DNA of 64,000 nucleotides, taken from contig CAZIFB010000018.1 of NCBI GenBank assembly GCA_964538915.1, positions 3,450 through 67,449 on the forward strand. Direction: 5' to 3'. This stretch comes from an uncultured candidatus Brocadiaceae bacterium (GTDB lineage: Bacteria > Planctomycetota > UBA1135 > UBA2386). The number at the start of each line of letters is the position of its first letter. The first letter of the stretch is position 1. Shown in pieces: positions 9,443-18,350 of this stretch. The notes beneath the pieces are model-generated. The model searched no databases, was not told the DNA's origin, and saw only the letters and a list, made by a program, of their open reading frames with translations. The position numbers were made by a program, and so were the translations under genes.

Positions 9443-11415
9443 ACCTCGCCCTCGCCCACTGCTGGAAGGAATGGCGCGCGCAGCGGGGTGTGCTCGTCGC
9501 CTACTCCCTGCTCGCGTTCGCGAGCCTGTGCCTCGCCTTCCTGCTGATGCCCGATCACTGGTGGAACGAGGACGGTCGCGGAGCCATGTCGCTCAGCTGG
9601 TTCGTCGCCGCGGGCGTGATCGGCGTGCTCGCGTTCGTGGCGCCGGCGCTGGTGCGCGGCGAGTTCGGGGCGAAGGACGACCAGTTCGTGCGTCGATTGC
9701 CCGGTGCACTCCGCGTGTCGTTCGCAGGCAAGCTGCTGTTCCTCGTGCTGGCGACCGCGGCGCTGCCGCTGCTCGGTCTCGCCGTGGGGGAGCTGTTCCT
9801 CACGGCGATGGATCGGACATGGGAGGACCTGTTCGAGTGGCAGGAGGCGATGCGGGGGTACCGCATCGTGTGGCCGTGGCCGGCGGAGCTCTGCGGCTTC
9901 GGCCTGCTGCTGGCGCCGTGGGTGTGGGCCGTCGGCACGTGGCTGCCCGGTGGTCGCATGGCGCTCGGCGGCACGGCGGCACTCGCCCTCGTGCTCGGTC
10001 TCTGCGTCACCGCGGTGCTGCGGCAGTGCCCTCAGATCGAGATGGCGCTGGCGTGGCGCGGCTGGCTCTGGTTCGTCGCGCCAGCCGGCCTGCTGGTCGC
10101 GATGGTCTCCTGGACGAAGGGGAGGCGCGGTGGCGGCGCGATGCGCTCGGCGCGCTTTGGCGGCGCGGCGTTCGCCGCGACCCTGATCGCGCCGGTCGCC
10201 TGGCTCGGCGGCGAGGTCTCGCGCTACCACCACCCCGATGCGCACCGGCTCGTCGACATGCAGGTGCAGGGCATCACCCGGGATCGGCGCTTCGTTCTCG
10301 CGAATGCGAGCGAACAGGCGAACTGGCCCGGCGCAGTGTTCCGGATCGATCTGCACACCGGCTTCGCCGAACAGATCGCCGGGATCCACCAGTTCCTGAC
10401 GACGGAGGTGTTGCGGCCGGCGATGCTCCGGACCTCGGCGCCCGTGCGGTACTGGCGTACGTTCGACTGGCGCGACGGCGGAGTGCCGGTGAACCACCGT
10501 GTGCTGGATCTCGAGACGGGAACGTGGACGGCCATCGAGTGTGACGTCGCGACTGGCGACTACCTGTCGCTGCAACCGCGCCTGCCGGTGGCGATGCGCG
10601 AAGCGGCCGTCGCCGACGCGCGGCGAACGACGCCGTTGCGTGCACCGGGCGGATGCGCTGCCTGGTTCGAAGGGGACACGCTGCGCCTCGAACGTGCGGA
10701 GGGAACGGTGTCCTCCGTTCCGTGGCCGGCGAAGCACGAACGTCCGGTGCTGGTATGGCCGGCGGGCCACGGGTTCGTGTGGACGAACGGCAAGGGGGCG
10801 CGCGCGACGTTCGATCTGACGTCCGGCGAGATCGGCATGCCGCTCCTCGCGTCCCAGACCTGCTGGTTCGTTCGCGGCTGGTCGGTGGTCGGCTGGCGCA
10901 ACGGCGCCGGGTGGAACATCCACGATCCCGCCGGCGTGTCGTGCGACGCGACGGATCTGACGGATTGCACGATCCTCGGTCTGTTCGACGACGAGAGCCT
11001 GCTGTGTCGCAGCAAGGCCGCGAGCGGTTCGCCGGGGCTGTTCGTGTTCGACGTGGCGCGCCGCGTGCGTCGCGACGTCGTGGCACCGCGGGAAACGGGG
11101 ATCCGCGCCGCCGAAGCCGTCTGGCCGATGGCGCAGTTCGGATCGCTGCTGGCGCGCGACCCCGCCGGCCGGATCTGGCTGCGCGCCGCGGTGTCCGCCT
11201 TGGACAACCCCGGCAACCTGCGGCAGACGTTCGTGCTGCTCGATCCGGCGACCCTGACGACCCGTGCGATCCTGCCGCACACACGGTACGTGAACGACAA
11301 CTACGACGTGCTCGGCTGGCCCGACGAACACACCGTGCTGATGAAACGTGGCGCGAGAATCCTGCGCATCGACACGGAGACCCTCGCGGAGACCGTGCTG
11401 TTCCCGCGGCCGTGA
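9439..11415 (+). CDS. Membrane protein (multi-TM N-terminal half, ~370-aa extracytoplasmic or soluble C-terminal half), putative permease partner of the ABC ATPase
   Basis: From residue 361 of ORF 8359..11415 (MNLALAHCWKEW). Several hydrophobic segments in the first ~290 aa. The C-terminal part is Trp/Gly-rich with beta-strand-like composition. ATGA overlap with the ABC ATPase gene. Confidence 0.7.
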   Translation: MNLALAHCWKEWRAQRGVLVAYSLLAFASLCLAFLLMPDHWWNEDGRGAMSLSWFVAAGVIGVLAFVAPALVRGEFGAKDDQFVRRLPGALRVSFAGKLLFLVLATAALPLLGLAVGELFLTAMDRTWEDLFEWQEAMRGYRIVWPWPAELCGFGLLLAPWVWAVGTWLPGGRMALGGTAALALVLGLCVTAVLRQCPQIEMALAWRGWLWFVAPAGLLVAMVSWTKGRRGGGAMRSARFGGAAFAATLIAPVAWLGGEVSRYHHPDAHRLVDMQVQGITRDRRFVLANASEQANWPGAVFRIDLHTGFAEQIAGIHQFLTTEVLRPAMLRTSAPVRYWRTFDWRDGGVPVNHRVLDLETGTWTAIECDVATGDYLSLQPRLPVAMREAAVADARRTTPLRAPGGCAAWFEGDTLRLERAEGTVSSVPWPAKHERPVLVWPAGHGFVWTNGKGARATFDLTSGEIGMPLLASQTCWFVRGWSVVGWRNGAGWNIHDPAGVSCDATDLTDCTILGLFDDESLLCRSKAASGSPGLFVFDVARRVRRDVVAPRETGIRAAEAVWPMAQFGSLLARDPAGRIWLRAAVSALDNPGNLRQTFVLLDPATLTTRAILPHTRYVNDNYDVLGWPDEHTVLMKRGARILRIDTETLAETVLFPRP

Positions 11416-11431
11416 GGCGGTCGCGCCGTGA

Positions 11432-14353
11432 TCACTTCGCGATCGGCACGAACGGGAACTCGGCGGGCGTCACGCTGCCGTCGGTGTGCACTTCGAACGG
11501 GAACGGCTCGGCGAGCGGGTTGCCCGTGATCCCGCCGAAGCCGTAGTCGAGGCCCGCCCAATCAGGGCTCGCGTCGACGGAGCCGAACGGCACGACGGTG
11601 TACTTGCCCGGGGGGATCGAGCACGCGGTGCCGGTCTTCTCCGCGCCGAACGTGCCGGCCCAGATCGCCGCCGCATCGTTGCCGTGCGCGACACGAAGCC
11701 AGATGCCGCGCACCTTGCCGGGCTCCGCGCCGGCCGGCCACTTCCACGCGAGCTTGGTCGCGACGCGCGTGGCCGGAGTCATGTCGCCGAGGTCGACGAC
11801 GTCGCCCTGCACGCGCACGACGCGTTGCCATGCCGGCCCGGGATCGCTGCCCATCGCGAACGGCTGGACGCGCACGAGCCAGTCGCCGTCGGGCAGGTAG
11901 TCGAACGCGAAGCGGCCGTTGTCCGGATTCTCGATGCGCGCGCAGTCCCAGGACAACGCGGTCTCCCAGTCGTTCGAGTACGACGGGTCCGCCTGTGCCT
12001 TGTGCATCGGGTAGAGCACCACCTTGAGGAGCGAACGCTCCTTCTCCGGCAGTCGCTCGATCGGGAACCGGCCACGGATCGTGCCCGCAGCGAGCACGAG
12101 CGTGCACTCCACATCGCCGCTGCCGGGCGGCGGCAGGTCGACGAGCGTCGGCGGCGACGTCGCCGCGCCGTTGTCGTGGCGCGTGCGCAGTTCGACGCGA
12201 CCGGCCTCTCGGTAGCGGAACGCGAACGTGCCGTCGGCACCGGTTCGTTGGCCGGCGGCGAAGTTGCGGACCAGGTCGTTGTCCCAGTCCGGTTGTTCTG
12301 CCTGACCGAGCCACCTGCGAACGACTTCGCCGGGCCGCGCGGCGAGGACCTGCACGTCGGCGCACGGCGAACCGCGCAGGAGCACGCGGCCGCGCACTGT
12401 GCCGAGCACGGGCTCGCCGATCTCGATCGCCGCTTCCCCGCCGGCTGCCACCGTGAAGTCGACCACCGTGCGCAGGTCCGCGCCGTCGTCGAGCACCGGC
12501 ACTGCGCCGACCTGTTCGTCGGGCCGCTTGCCGACACCGGCCCTGCTGCCGCGAGAAACCGCTGCGCGCCACGCGCCGGGCCGCAGCCCGCCGAATACGA
12601 ACCGCCCGTCCGCGTCGACCGTGGTGGACAGCGGCCGCCATTCGCTCCGCTGCGCGCCCGGCGCCGGCGGGGCTGCCGCCGTGTGCATGGCGTCGTCGTC
12701 GGCAAGGCTCCACAGCACCACGGACCGTGCGTACTCGGTCGCCCAACCGCCGCGCACGACGCCACGCACACCACCGGCGCGCTGCAGCACGACCGTGACT
12801 TCGGCAGGGACTTCGCGGGCTCCGAAGACGCGGATCTCCGGCAGGAACCCCTTGCAGCGAACGCCGAACGCGAGCGGCGCCTGCGGGTCGATCGGCAGTA
12901 CCGCGACTCCCGCCGTGGCGGCTGTCGTTCGCTTCCTGTAGCTGCCGAAGATGCGCGTGCTCACGTCCTTCGCGTAGGGGCCGGAGTAGCTGCCCGGCGC
13001 GTCCGCGACGTTCGGATCCTCGACCACTTCGGCACCTTCGATCGCGCGGCCGTCGCCGTCCTGCACGAGCACACGGAGCGAGTGGCTCGGAGCGATCGTC
13101 AGTTCGATCGCCGCGTCGTCGCGCAACGCCACACGCAGGGGCGGCGACGCGCCGACGCCGGCGGCCTCGGCGCTCACGACGAAGTCCGACGTCGACAGGC
13201 CTTCGATCGCGAACGTGCCGTCCGCCGCGACGGGTAGCGGCTTGTCGATCAGGTGCCACGGACGCGCGTCGGCGGCGTCGGCCGCCGAGTCCTTCGCTTC
13301 CGTCACCCGGATTGTCGTCTTCGCCGAACCCGCGCCGTGCACGATGCCGCGGAGCGTGACCGCGCGGCCGAGCCGGATCCGCACCTCCTCGGTGTTCCAG
13401 GGCACGTCTTGCCAATCCTCGATGTGGTCGTGCGCCTTCACGCGCAGGCTCTTCTGCGCGAGGAAGTGCTCGATCACGAACCAGCCGCGGGCGTCGGTCG
13501 TGACACCGTTCGGCATCGACGACATGGCGACCTCGGCGCCGGGCAACGGCTGGCCGCGCCAGTCGAGCACGATGCCTTGGAGGCGGGTGCCACCGTGCAT
13601 CGACAGTTCCGCGTTCGTGGTGCCGCTCTCGGCGACCGTTGCATTCGCCTCTCCCGGCGCCCGGTTCGGAGCGAGCGCAGTCAGGCCATAGCCGCCGGGA
13701 CGCAGACCGGCGATCGAGAAGCGCCCGTCCGCTGCCGTGCGCACCGGCGGCGGCTCTGGCGGTGCCGCCGGGGCGGGGATGCGGTCGTACTGGCTGTAGG
13801 CCGCGCGGACTTCGGCGCCGGCGATCGGTTGCCCCGCGTCGTCGCGCACGACTCCCGTGACCGTGCCGCCGCGCGGCACGTGCACGGTGCCGAGGTCCCA
13901 GTCGCTTGCCCGAGAAGGCTGCCATCCGGACCACCAGTCGCGCGGGATCGTGGGAGCGTCGACCACGAAGAAGAAGGTCTCCTGCGGCATCGCGAACACG
14001 AACGCCCCGTCGGCAGCCGTCGTCGCCGCCGCGAATGCCGAGGCCTTGCGGTCGGCGCCGGCGAACACACGCAGCGTCACGTTCGCGAGCGGTGCGCCGT
14101 GCTGCAGCAGCGTGCCGCGCACGACATGTCCTTCGATGGCCTGGGTGCGCGCGGTCGACGGCGAGGCATCCGCGGGCGCGGTATCGATCGGCGTCGCTGC
14201 TGCACCGGGAGCCGCAGCAGGTGTGTCGGCGACGGGTGCCGCGTTCGCGGCCGGTGCGGGCGGCACGTCCGCCGTCGCGCGCAGGAGCCACCACGCGGCG
14301 ATCGCGAGGAGCAGCGCGGCGGCGCCGACGGCGGCGAACGGGTTCTTGCCCAT
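11432..14353 (-). CDS. Large membrane-anchored or secreted protein with repeated carboxypeptidase-regulatory-like (CarboxypepD_reg) beta-sandwich modules
   Basis: 973-aa ORF. N-terminal hydrophobic anchor (AAVGAAALLLAIAAWWLL), an Ala/Pro linker, then recurring G.V.D..G.P...A.V......T.ADG.F.......G.Y units (e.g. GVVRDDAGQPIAGAEVRA...TAADGRFSIAGLRPGGY). Confidence 0.8.
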   Translation of the reverse strand: MGKNPFAAVGAAALLLAIAAWWLLRATADVPPAPAANAAPVADTPAAAPGAAATPIDTAPADASPSTARTQAIEGHVVRGTLLQHGAPLANVTLRVFAGADRKASAFAAATTAADGAFVFAMPQETFFFVVDAPTIPRDWWSGWQPSRASDWDLGTVHVPRGGTVTGVVRDDAGQPIAGAEVRAAYSQYDRIPAPAAPPEPPPVRTAADGRFSIAGLRPGGYGLTALAPNRAPGEANATVAESGTTNAELSMHGGTRLQGIVLDWRGQPLPGAEVAMSSMPNGVTTDARGWFVIEHFLAQKSLRVKAHDHIEDWQDVPWNTEEVRIRLGRAVTLRGIVHGAGSAKTTIRVTEAKDSAADAADARPWHLIDKPLPVAADGTFAIEGLSTSDFVVSAEAAGVGASPPLRVALRDDAAIELTIAPSHSLRVLVQDGDGRAIEGAEVVEDPNVADAPGSYSGPYAKDVSTRIFGSYRKRTTAATAGVAVLPIDPQAPLAFGVRCKGFLPEIRVFGAREVPAEVTVVLQRAGGVRGVVRGGWATEYARSVVLWSLADDDAMHTAAAPPAPGAQRSEWRPLSTTVDADGRFVFGGLRPGAWRAAVSRGSRAGVGKRPDEQVGAVPVLDDGADLRTVVDFTVAAGGEAAIEIGEPVLGTVRGRVLLRGSPCADVQVLAARPGEVVRRWLGQAEQPDWDNDLVRNFAAGQRTGADGTFAFRYREAGRVELRTRHDNGAATSPPTLVDLPPPGSGDVECTLVLAAGTIRGRFPIERLPEKERSLLKVVLYPMHKAQADPSYSNDWETALSWDCARIENPDNGRFAFDYLPDGDWLVRVQPFAMGSDPGPAWQRVVRVQGDVVDLGDMTPATRVATKLAWKWPAGAEPGKVRGIWLRVAHGNDAAAIWAGTFGAEKTGTACSIPPGKYTVVPFGSVDASPDWAGLDYGFGGITGNPLAEPFPFEVHTDGSVTPAEFPFVPIAK

Positions 14354-14399
14354 GCGCAGAGTCTGCTCGCCGACGGCTCGATCCGCCAGCCGCCGCGAC

Positions 14400-16013
14400 T
14401 CAGCGGATCACGCCTTCGCCGGCGTTCGTGAGCACGGCGCCGAACGGGTTCCAGCCCGCGTCGAGCACGAGCGCCTGCGCGTAGATGTCCTGGCCGACGA
14501 ACGACGCGCCGCCGGGCACGGCGATCGGCCACGGTGCGGTGCCGCTGCCGCCGAGGAGCGCGGTGAGGATCAGCGGCTGCGCGAAGAGCGTGCACGCGGG
14601 CATGCCGATGATCGTGAGGTCCGCGGGCAACGGTGCTCCGTCCCACGACGACTTCGACACGCCGAGCAGGCCGATCGACAACGACGGCGCCGTCGGCAGG
14701 CCGCCGATCTGCAGCGACAGCGTGCCGCCGAGCACGGGGAGCGAACCGCCGGTCGCGGCGAGCGACGGCGTGCCGAAGCTGCCGGCACAGCCGTTGCCGA
14801 ACGTCGACCACGTCGCGGCGGTCGGGCGGATGCGGCGCACGCTGCCGATGCTGACGTCCGCGCGTTCGCAGAAGTAGAGCGCGCCGTCGGCGCCGAAGCG
14901 GGCGTCGACGATCCACGGCACGGTCGCCCACAGCGCCGGGTTCGCCTGGCCGGGCACCGGCGGGGCGGGCAGCCACGTGCCGCCGTTGTCCTGGAGCCGC
15001 CAGATGCGGCCGGTGAAGTGGTCGGTGTAGAAGTAGTCGCCGTCGTACTGCGGCCCGAAGCGCCACGGCGCGTTCGTCGGCACGCGGCAGACGCCGACCG
15101 AGATCAGCGCCTGGAACTGCGGCGGAACCGCGTGTACGGCGATCGGTGCGGACGGACCCGGCGCGCTGCCGGTGCACGTGGTGAGCGGCAGGTCGGCTTC
15201 GAACCACGGCCAGCCGAGGTTGTTGCCGCCGCTCGTCAACCGGTCGATCTCGTCGCGCTGCGCGTCGCCAACGTCGGCGACGAACACCGCGCCGTTCGCG
15301 GGGTCGATGTGGAAGCGGAACGGGTTGCGCAGACCGAACGCCCAGACGAGCGGCGCGACGTCGCCCGGGCCCGCGAACGGATTGCCCGGCGGCACGAGGT
15401 CCGAGCGCAGCGCGCTGCCGGCACCCGCGGGCAGCGTGTCGACGCGCATGCGCAGCAGCTTGCCGAGCAGGCTCGTCACGTCCTGCGCCTTGCACGCGTC
15501 GTCGTCTTCGCCGGTGGTGAGCCAGAGCATGCCGTCGGGCCCGAAGCGCAGGCATCCCGCTTCGTGCAGCGGCGTGTTGTCCGGCACACCGCTCAGGACG
15601 GTGTACGCGGTGCCGAGCTGGAGGCTGGTGCTCGTCGCGGTCGTGAGGCTGCCGGTGACCGTGAAGCGCGTGACGCGCAGGTCCGCGGCGGCGGCGTTCG
15701 TGTGGTAGCAGTAGACGAACGGGCGCGTCGGCCACTGCGGGTCGACCGCGACGGACAGCAGGCCCTGGCTGTAGGTCGTCACGAGCCCCGTCACCGTGCC
15801 GACGGTCGCCACCGCGTTGCCGGCCGCCGTCGCCAGCACCTTCACGGCGCCCGTGTGTTGTTCGACGAAGATCACGCGCCCGTCGGGCAGGAAGTCGAGC
15901 GCGATCGGGCCGTGCTGGTTCGGCGCCAGCGTCTCCTGCACGAATCCGTGCGGCAGCGTCTGCGCCATCGCCAGCGTGGACACGAGAGAGGCCGCGACGA
16001 GATGGAGGCGCAT
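14400..16013 (-). CDS. PQQ-dependent sugar (glucose/sorbosone) dehydrogenase-family beta-propeller protein with C-terminal two-Cys domain
   Basis: Real part of ORF 14400..16847 from residue 279 (MRLHLVAASLVSTLAMAQ signal peptide). Motifs GLLSVAVDPQW, HEAGCLRFGPDGMLW, GLRNPFRF and GGNNLGWPW. The last 134 aa are related to 463..885. Confidence 0.8.
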   Translation of the reverse strand: MRLHLVAASLVSTLAMAQTLPHGFVQETLAPNQHGPIALDFLPDGRVIFVEQHTGAVKVLATAAGNAVATVGTVTGLVTTYSQGLLSVAVDPQWPTRPFVYCYHTNAAAADLRVTRFTVTGSLTTATSTSLQLGTAYTVLSGVPDNTPLHEAGCLRFGPDGMLWLTTGEDDDACKAQDVTSLLGKLLRMRVDTLPAGAGSALRSDLVPPGNPFAGPGDVAPLVWAFGLRNPFRFHIDPANGAVFVADVGDAQRDEIDRLTSGGNNLGWPWFEADLPLTTCTGSAPGPSAPIAVHAVPPQFQALISVGVCRVPTNAPWRFGPQYDGDYFYTDHFTGRIWRLQDNGGTWLPAPPVPGQANPALWATVPWIVDARFGADGALYFCERADVSIGSVRRIRPTAATWSTFGNGCAGSFGTPSLAATGGSLPVLGGTLSLQIGGLPTAPSLSIGLLGVSKSSWDGAPLPADLTIIGMPACTLFAQPLILTALLGGSGTAPWPIAVPGGASFVGQDIYAQALVLDAGWNPFGAVLTNAGEGVIR

Positions 16014-16118
16014 TCGGCGAACGATACGCGCCGCGGCGGTCCGACGGCCCGCGGCGACGGCAATCCGCAGCGCGGCACATCGTGGCGCCGGCGATGCGCA
16101 CGCGGCATCCTCTGCGCC

Positions 16119-16553
16119 ATGCGCTCGCCGAAGCGACTCTTCGCGTTCCTGTTCGTTTGCGGCTGGTTCGTCGCGTGCGGCGGCAAGAGTGCCGCGGCGG
16201 GCGTCTACCTGCTCGATCGCTCGAACCTCCGCGAGCAGATGGCGGCGAACGGTGTCACCGCGGCTCCGCAGGATCGCGAAGAGCAGTCGCAGATGCTCGA
16301 CAAGATCGTCGCCGGCATGGCGGGGCGCATCGAACTGAAGGCCGACGGCAACGCGGAGCTGCAGTTCGTGGCCGCTGGCAAGAGCGTCGAGACGAAGGGG
16401 ACCTGGCGGCTCGTCGGCAGCACGGTCGCGATCGACGGCACCGCGCAGAACGGCGCGCGCGAAACGAAGCTGCTGCAATTGCACGACGGCTCGCTCACGC
16501 TCGAGCAGCCGGGGCAGAAAATCCCGATGAGACTCGTGTTCCACCGGCAGTGA
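16119..16553 (+). CDS. Small lipoprotein (paralog 1)
   Basis: Last 144 codons of ORF 13857..16553. MRSPKRLFAFLFVCGWFVAC|GG is a lipobox-like signal. The body ends ...LTLEQPGQKIPMRLVFHRQ, similar to the next gene. Confidence 0.6.
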   Translation: MRSPKRLFAFLFVCGWFVACGGKSAAAGVYLLDRSNLREQMAANGVTAAPQDREEQSQMLDKIVAGMAGRIELKADGNAELQFVAAGKSVETKGTWRLVGSTVAIDGTAQNGARETKLLQLHDGSLTLEQPGQKIPMRLVFHRQ

Positions 16554-16645
16554 CCCGGCCGCGGGAATTCCGGCCGAGTTCGCCCGGGGGGATGGCATCG
16601 GCGACGCGGACCGCGAGAATGCGCCGCCCCTCACCGAGGCATTCC

Positions 16646-17014
16646 ATGAAGTCCTGGTCCCGATTCGTCCTGCCCCTCGTCGTGTTCGCCGCGTGCGGCG
16701 GCCCGGCGCACCCGCTCGCCGGCGCCTGGTCCCAGGAACTGCCGGAAGGCAAACACGGCATGTCGCTGGAGTTCGATGGCAAGGGCGAAAAGGTCGTCGT
16801 GCACGGCGCGCCGCGCGCCGACGGCACGCACGGTCACCCGAAGGCAACGTTCACCTGGGACGGAGCCGCGAAGACGCTGACCCTGAGCGGTGACCTCGTC
16901 ACCGAGGGCAAGCCCGGCACGTGGACCGGCAGGCTCGAAGGCGATCACCTCGAACTGAGTTCGGCGGACGGGAAGCTCGTGTTCCACCGCGGTGGTGAAC
17001 CGCACGGGCACTGA
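16646..17014 (+). CDS. Small lipoprotein (paralog 2)
   Basis: Last 122 codons of ORF 16082..17014. MKSWSRFVLPLVVFAAC|GG lipobox. Shared pattern GTW.G......L.L......KLVFHR with 16119..16553. Confidence 0.6.
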   Translation: MKSWSRFVLPLVVFAACGGPAHPLAGAWSQELPEGKHGMSLEFDGKGEKVVVHGAPRADGTHGHPKATFTWDGAAKTLTLSGDLVTEGKPGTWTGRLEGDHLELSSADGKLVFHRGGEPHGH

Positions 17015-17078
17015 GCCGGGCTGCTCGCCCCACTCGCAATTCCCGCCCACTCACCTATCCTCCGAACCACGCCGAGCC

Positions 17079-17498
17079 ATGAAGAACACGCCCGAATCGG
17101 ACACGACGTCGGAGGGAATCCGGATCCATGCCGTGGCGCAGTACCTGCCGCAGGAGTCGGACCCCGCGGGTCGCAACTTCGTCTTCCGCTACCGGATCAC
17201 GATGACGAACACGGGGACGAACGCGGCGAAGCTGCTCTCGCGTCACTGGATCATCGTCGACAGTGACGGGCGGCGCGAAGACCTGCGCGGTCGCGGCGTC
17301 GTCGGCGAAACGCCGCGCCTCGGCGCCGGCGAGACGTACTCGTACGTGAGCTACTGCCCGATCAAGACGACGTGGGGCACGATGGAAGGCAGCTACACGT
17401 TCGAACGCGACGACGGCTCGTGCTTCCAGGTCGCGATCGGTCGCTTCTTCCTCGTGCCGAACGCGCGCCCGATCGAGCTCGAATCGCAGTCGCACTGA
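17079..17498 (+). CDS. apaG: ApaG (DUF525) protein
   Basis: From residue 30 of ORF 16992..17498 (MKNTPESD). FRYRITMTNTG....LLSRHWIIVDSDG....RG.GVVGE.P.L..GE.Y.Y.S is the ApaG signature. Confidence 0.85.
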   Translation: MKNTPESDTTSEGIRIHAVAQYLPQESDPAGRNFVFRYRITMTNTGTNAAKLLSRHWIIVDSDGRREDLRGRGVVGETPRLGAGETYSYVSYCPIKTTWGTMEGSYTFERDDGSCFQVAIGRFFLVPNARPIELESQSH

Positions 17499-17527
17499 CT
17501 TGGCGCGCAAGGCGCGCCAAGTCAGTG
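17493..17527 (+). terminator. Perfect 16-bp stem / 3-nt loop hairpin overlapping the apaG stop codon
   Basis: cactgacttggcgcgc-aag-gcgcgccaagtcagtg. All 16 pairs are Watson-Crick. No U-tract follows, so function as an intrinsic terminator is assumed rather than shown. The right arm is the first 16 nt of repeat copy 1. Confidence 0.4.
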
Positions 17528-17713
17528 GATTCCCTGGCCGCCGCCGCGACGCGGGGAAACGCCACGGGCGGACCGAGCCGCCGACCCCGCTTCGGCGGCG
17601 GATGCGTGGCTTCGCGCGGGCCGCAAGGCGCGCCAAGTCAGTGAATTCCCTGGCCGCCGCCGCGACGCGGGGAAACGCCACGGGCGGACCGAGCCACCGG
17701 CCCCGCTTCGGCG
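17508..17713. repeat. Two 90-bp direct repeats (17508..17597 and 17624..17713), period 116 bp
   Basis: caaggcgcgccaagtcagtgRattccctggccgccgccgcgacgcggggaaacgccacgggcggaccgagccRccgRccccgcttcggcg. I count 3 mismatches in 90 nt between copies, which are separated by 26 nt of unrelated sequence. Intergenic between apaG and an ECF sigma gene. Confidence 0.8.
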
Positions 17714-17720
17714 CGGGTTC

Positions 17721-17746
17721 GTTAACACCTTCGTCGCGCTAACGTC
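17721..17746 (+). promoter_or_regulatory. Candidate ECF-type promoter (GTTAAC-N16-CGTC) upstream of the sigma factor gene
   Basis: gTTAAC (17721..17726), a 16-nt spacer, then CGTC (17743..17746), 50 nt before the ATG at 17796. Same spacing as the better motif at 60566..60590. The -35 is only a partial match to GGAAC. Confidence 0.3.
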
Positions 17747-17795
17747 CTTCGCGTGGTCGGCGGCGAGCATCGCGTCGCCGGCACGTTGCGATGCG

Positions 17796-18350
17796 ATGAC
17801 CCTGCAAGGCACCGACTCACCTTGGGTCGACCTGGTGCCGCGCGCTCGGCGCGGCGACCCGGCGGCACAGAGCGCCGTGTACGAAGCGTTCGCGCGCATC
17901 GTGCACGCGATCGCCCTCGCGCACGTCGGCAGTCAGTTCGCCGACGACGTGACCCAGGAGGTGTTCTGCAACGTGTTCGCGTCTCTCGACGGCCTGCGCG
18001 ATCCTCTGGCGCTGCCGGGCTTCGTCTGTGCCGCCGCGCGCAACGCCGCGCGGGACGTGTTGCGACGTCGCCGCCGTGCTCCTGGGGGTGCGCCGATCGA
18101 CGATCTCCCGGCCGGTGGCCCGTCACCCCTCGCGACGGCCGAACAGCGGGAACTCGCGGAGCGGGTGCTCGGCTGCATCCGCGAATTGCCCGAGGCGTAC
18201 CGCGAGACCCTCGTGCTACGACTCGTCGCCGGTTTGTCGGGGCCGGAGATCGCGGAGCGTACGGGTATGACGCACGGCTCGGTCCGTGTGAACCTGACGC
18301 GCGGCATGGCGCTGCTGCGGCCGATGCTCGCGGAGGCGGGACTGCCATGA
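17796..18350 (+). CDS. ECF (sigma-70 family, group 4) RNA polymerase sigma factor
   Basis: 184-aa ORF. Region 2 (FADDVTQEVFCNVF..., FVCAAARNAARDVLRRRRR) and region 4 HTH (LSGPEIAERTGMTHGSVRVNLTRGMALLR). Confidence 0.85.
   Translation: MTLQGTDSPWVDLVPRARRGDPAAQSAVYEAFARIVHAIALAHVGSQFADDVTQEVFCNVFASLDGLRDPLALPGFVCAAARNAARDVLRRRRRAPGGAPIDDLPAGGPSPLATAEQRELAERVLGCIRELPEAYRETLVLRLVAGLSGPEIAERTGMTHGSVRVNLTRGMALLRPMLAEAGLP

Noticed and set aside
17508-17713. CRISPR array interpretation of the direct repeats
   Set aside because: There are only two copies, the repeat length (~90 bp) is far above CRISPR repeats, the spacer is 26 nt, and no cas genes are present.
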